Below are positions 63,901-64,000 of a stretch of 64,000 nucleotides of DNA, one piece after another (within the stretch, counting starts at the first letter, position 1; each line of letters opens with the position of its first letter). The translations under genes and the position numbers were made by a program. The stretch is from an uncultured Gaiellales bacterium (GTDB taxonomy: Bacteria > Actinomycetota > Thermoleophilia > Gaiellales > Gaiellaceae). The notes under the pieces are model-generated. The model had not been told where the DNA came from. It saw only the letters and a list, made by a program, of their open reading frames with translations, and searched no databases. Location of the stretch: contig CAYGLV010000002.1 of assembly GCA_964351025.1 (NCBI GenBank), positions 20,454 to 84,453 on the forward strand. The letters run 5' to 3'.

Positions 63901-64000
63901 CTAGACGGTCGCGACGCGAGTCGCCGCGGCGATCGCGCCTGCCTCGGCTGATGCGCCGATTTCGATGATGATGTTCCCGAAGCGGTCGACGTGGGCGGAG
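63901..64000 (-). CDS. hyuA: hydantoinase/oxoprolinase A subunit (HyuA family), last 32 codons only; 5' part outside the window
   Basis: The C-terminal ...SAHVDRFGNIIIEIGASAEAG... parallels the C-terminus of the first HyuA (ATVDTNYNILITP). It sits directly upstream of hyuB. Confidence 0.5.
   Translation of the reverse strand, partial: SAHVDRFGNIIIEIGASAEAGAIAAATRVATV

Overview
This is a high-GC, actinobacterial-type chromosomal segment. The taxon cannot be fixed from the window alone. It is very tightly packed: I call about 70 CDS, one RNA gene and a few hairpins or operator-like palindromes. Many same-strand neighbours overlap by 1-4 nt (ATGA, GTGA, TTGA). Six convergent pairs share a CTAG double stop.

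The content is overwhelmingly catabolic, aimed at amides, cyclic amides and ureides:
- two HyuA/HyuB (ATP-dependent hydantoinase/oxoprolinase) pairs
- one D-hydantoinase/dihydropyrimidinase
- two amidase-signature amidases
- two acetamidase/formamidase-family genes
- two isochorismatase-like cysteine hydrolases
- one M20 carbamoylase-type amidohydrolase
- four PF04909-type amidohydrolases
- one PuuE-like polysaccharide-deacetylase-fold enzyme
- one D-aminoacylase fragment
- three DapA-family lyase paralogues
- two family-III CoA-transferases and two GntR/FCD regulators

Transport genes are a Liv-type and a Pot-type ABC system, an NCS1 permease, two MFS and two EamA transporters. A small housekeeping island (15.9-17.4 kb) carries RNase P RNA, lexA with a perfect Cheo-type SOS box, and secG.

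I found no CRISPR array, transposase, integrase, phage gene or recognisable defence system.

The most interesting observations, in order:
1. A DsbA/FrnE-like gene has a single in-frame TGA exactly at the first Cys of its CxxC motif, followed by a SECIS-like hairpin. It is a candidate selenoprotein that ORF callers split.
2. An unlisted 57-codon GatC/AtzG-like ORF is translationally coupled to an amidase. Its start codon overlaps head-to-head with the start of an FmdB zinc-ribbon gene.
3. A 64-aa zinc-ribbon ORF is coupled to lexA and abuts rnpB.
4. Several small coupled partner ORFs and operator-like palindromes are also present.

All functional assignments are family-level calls from reading the translations. 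No database search was run.
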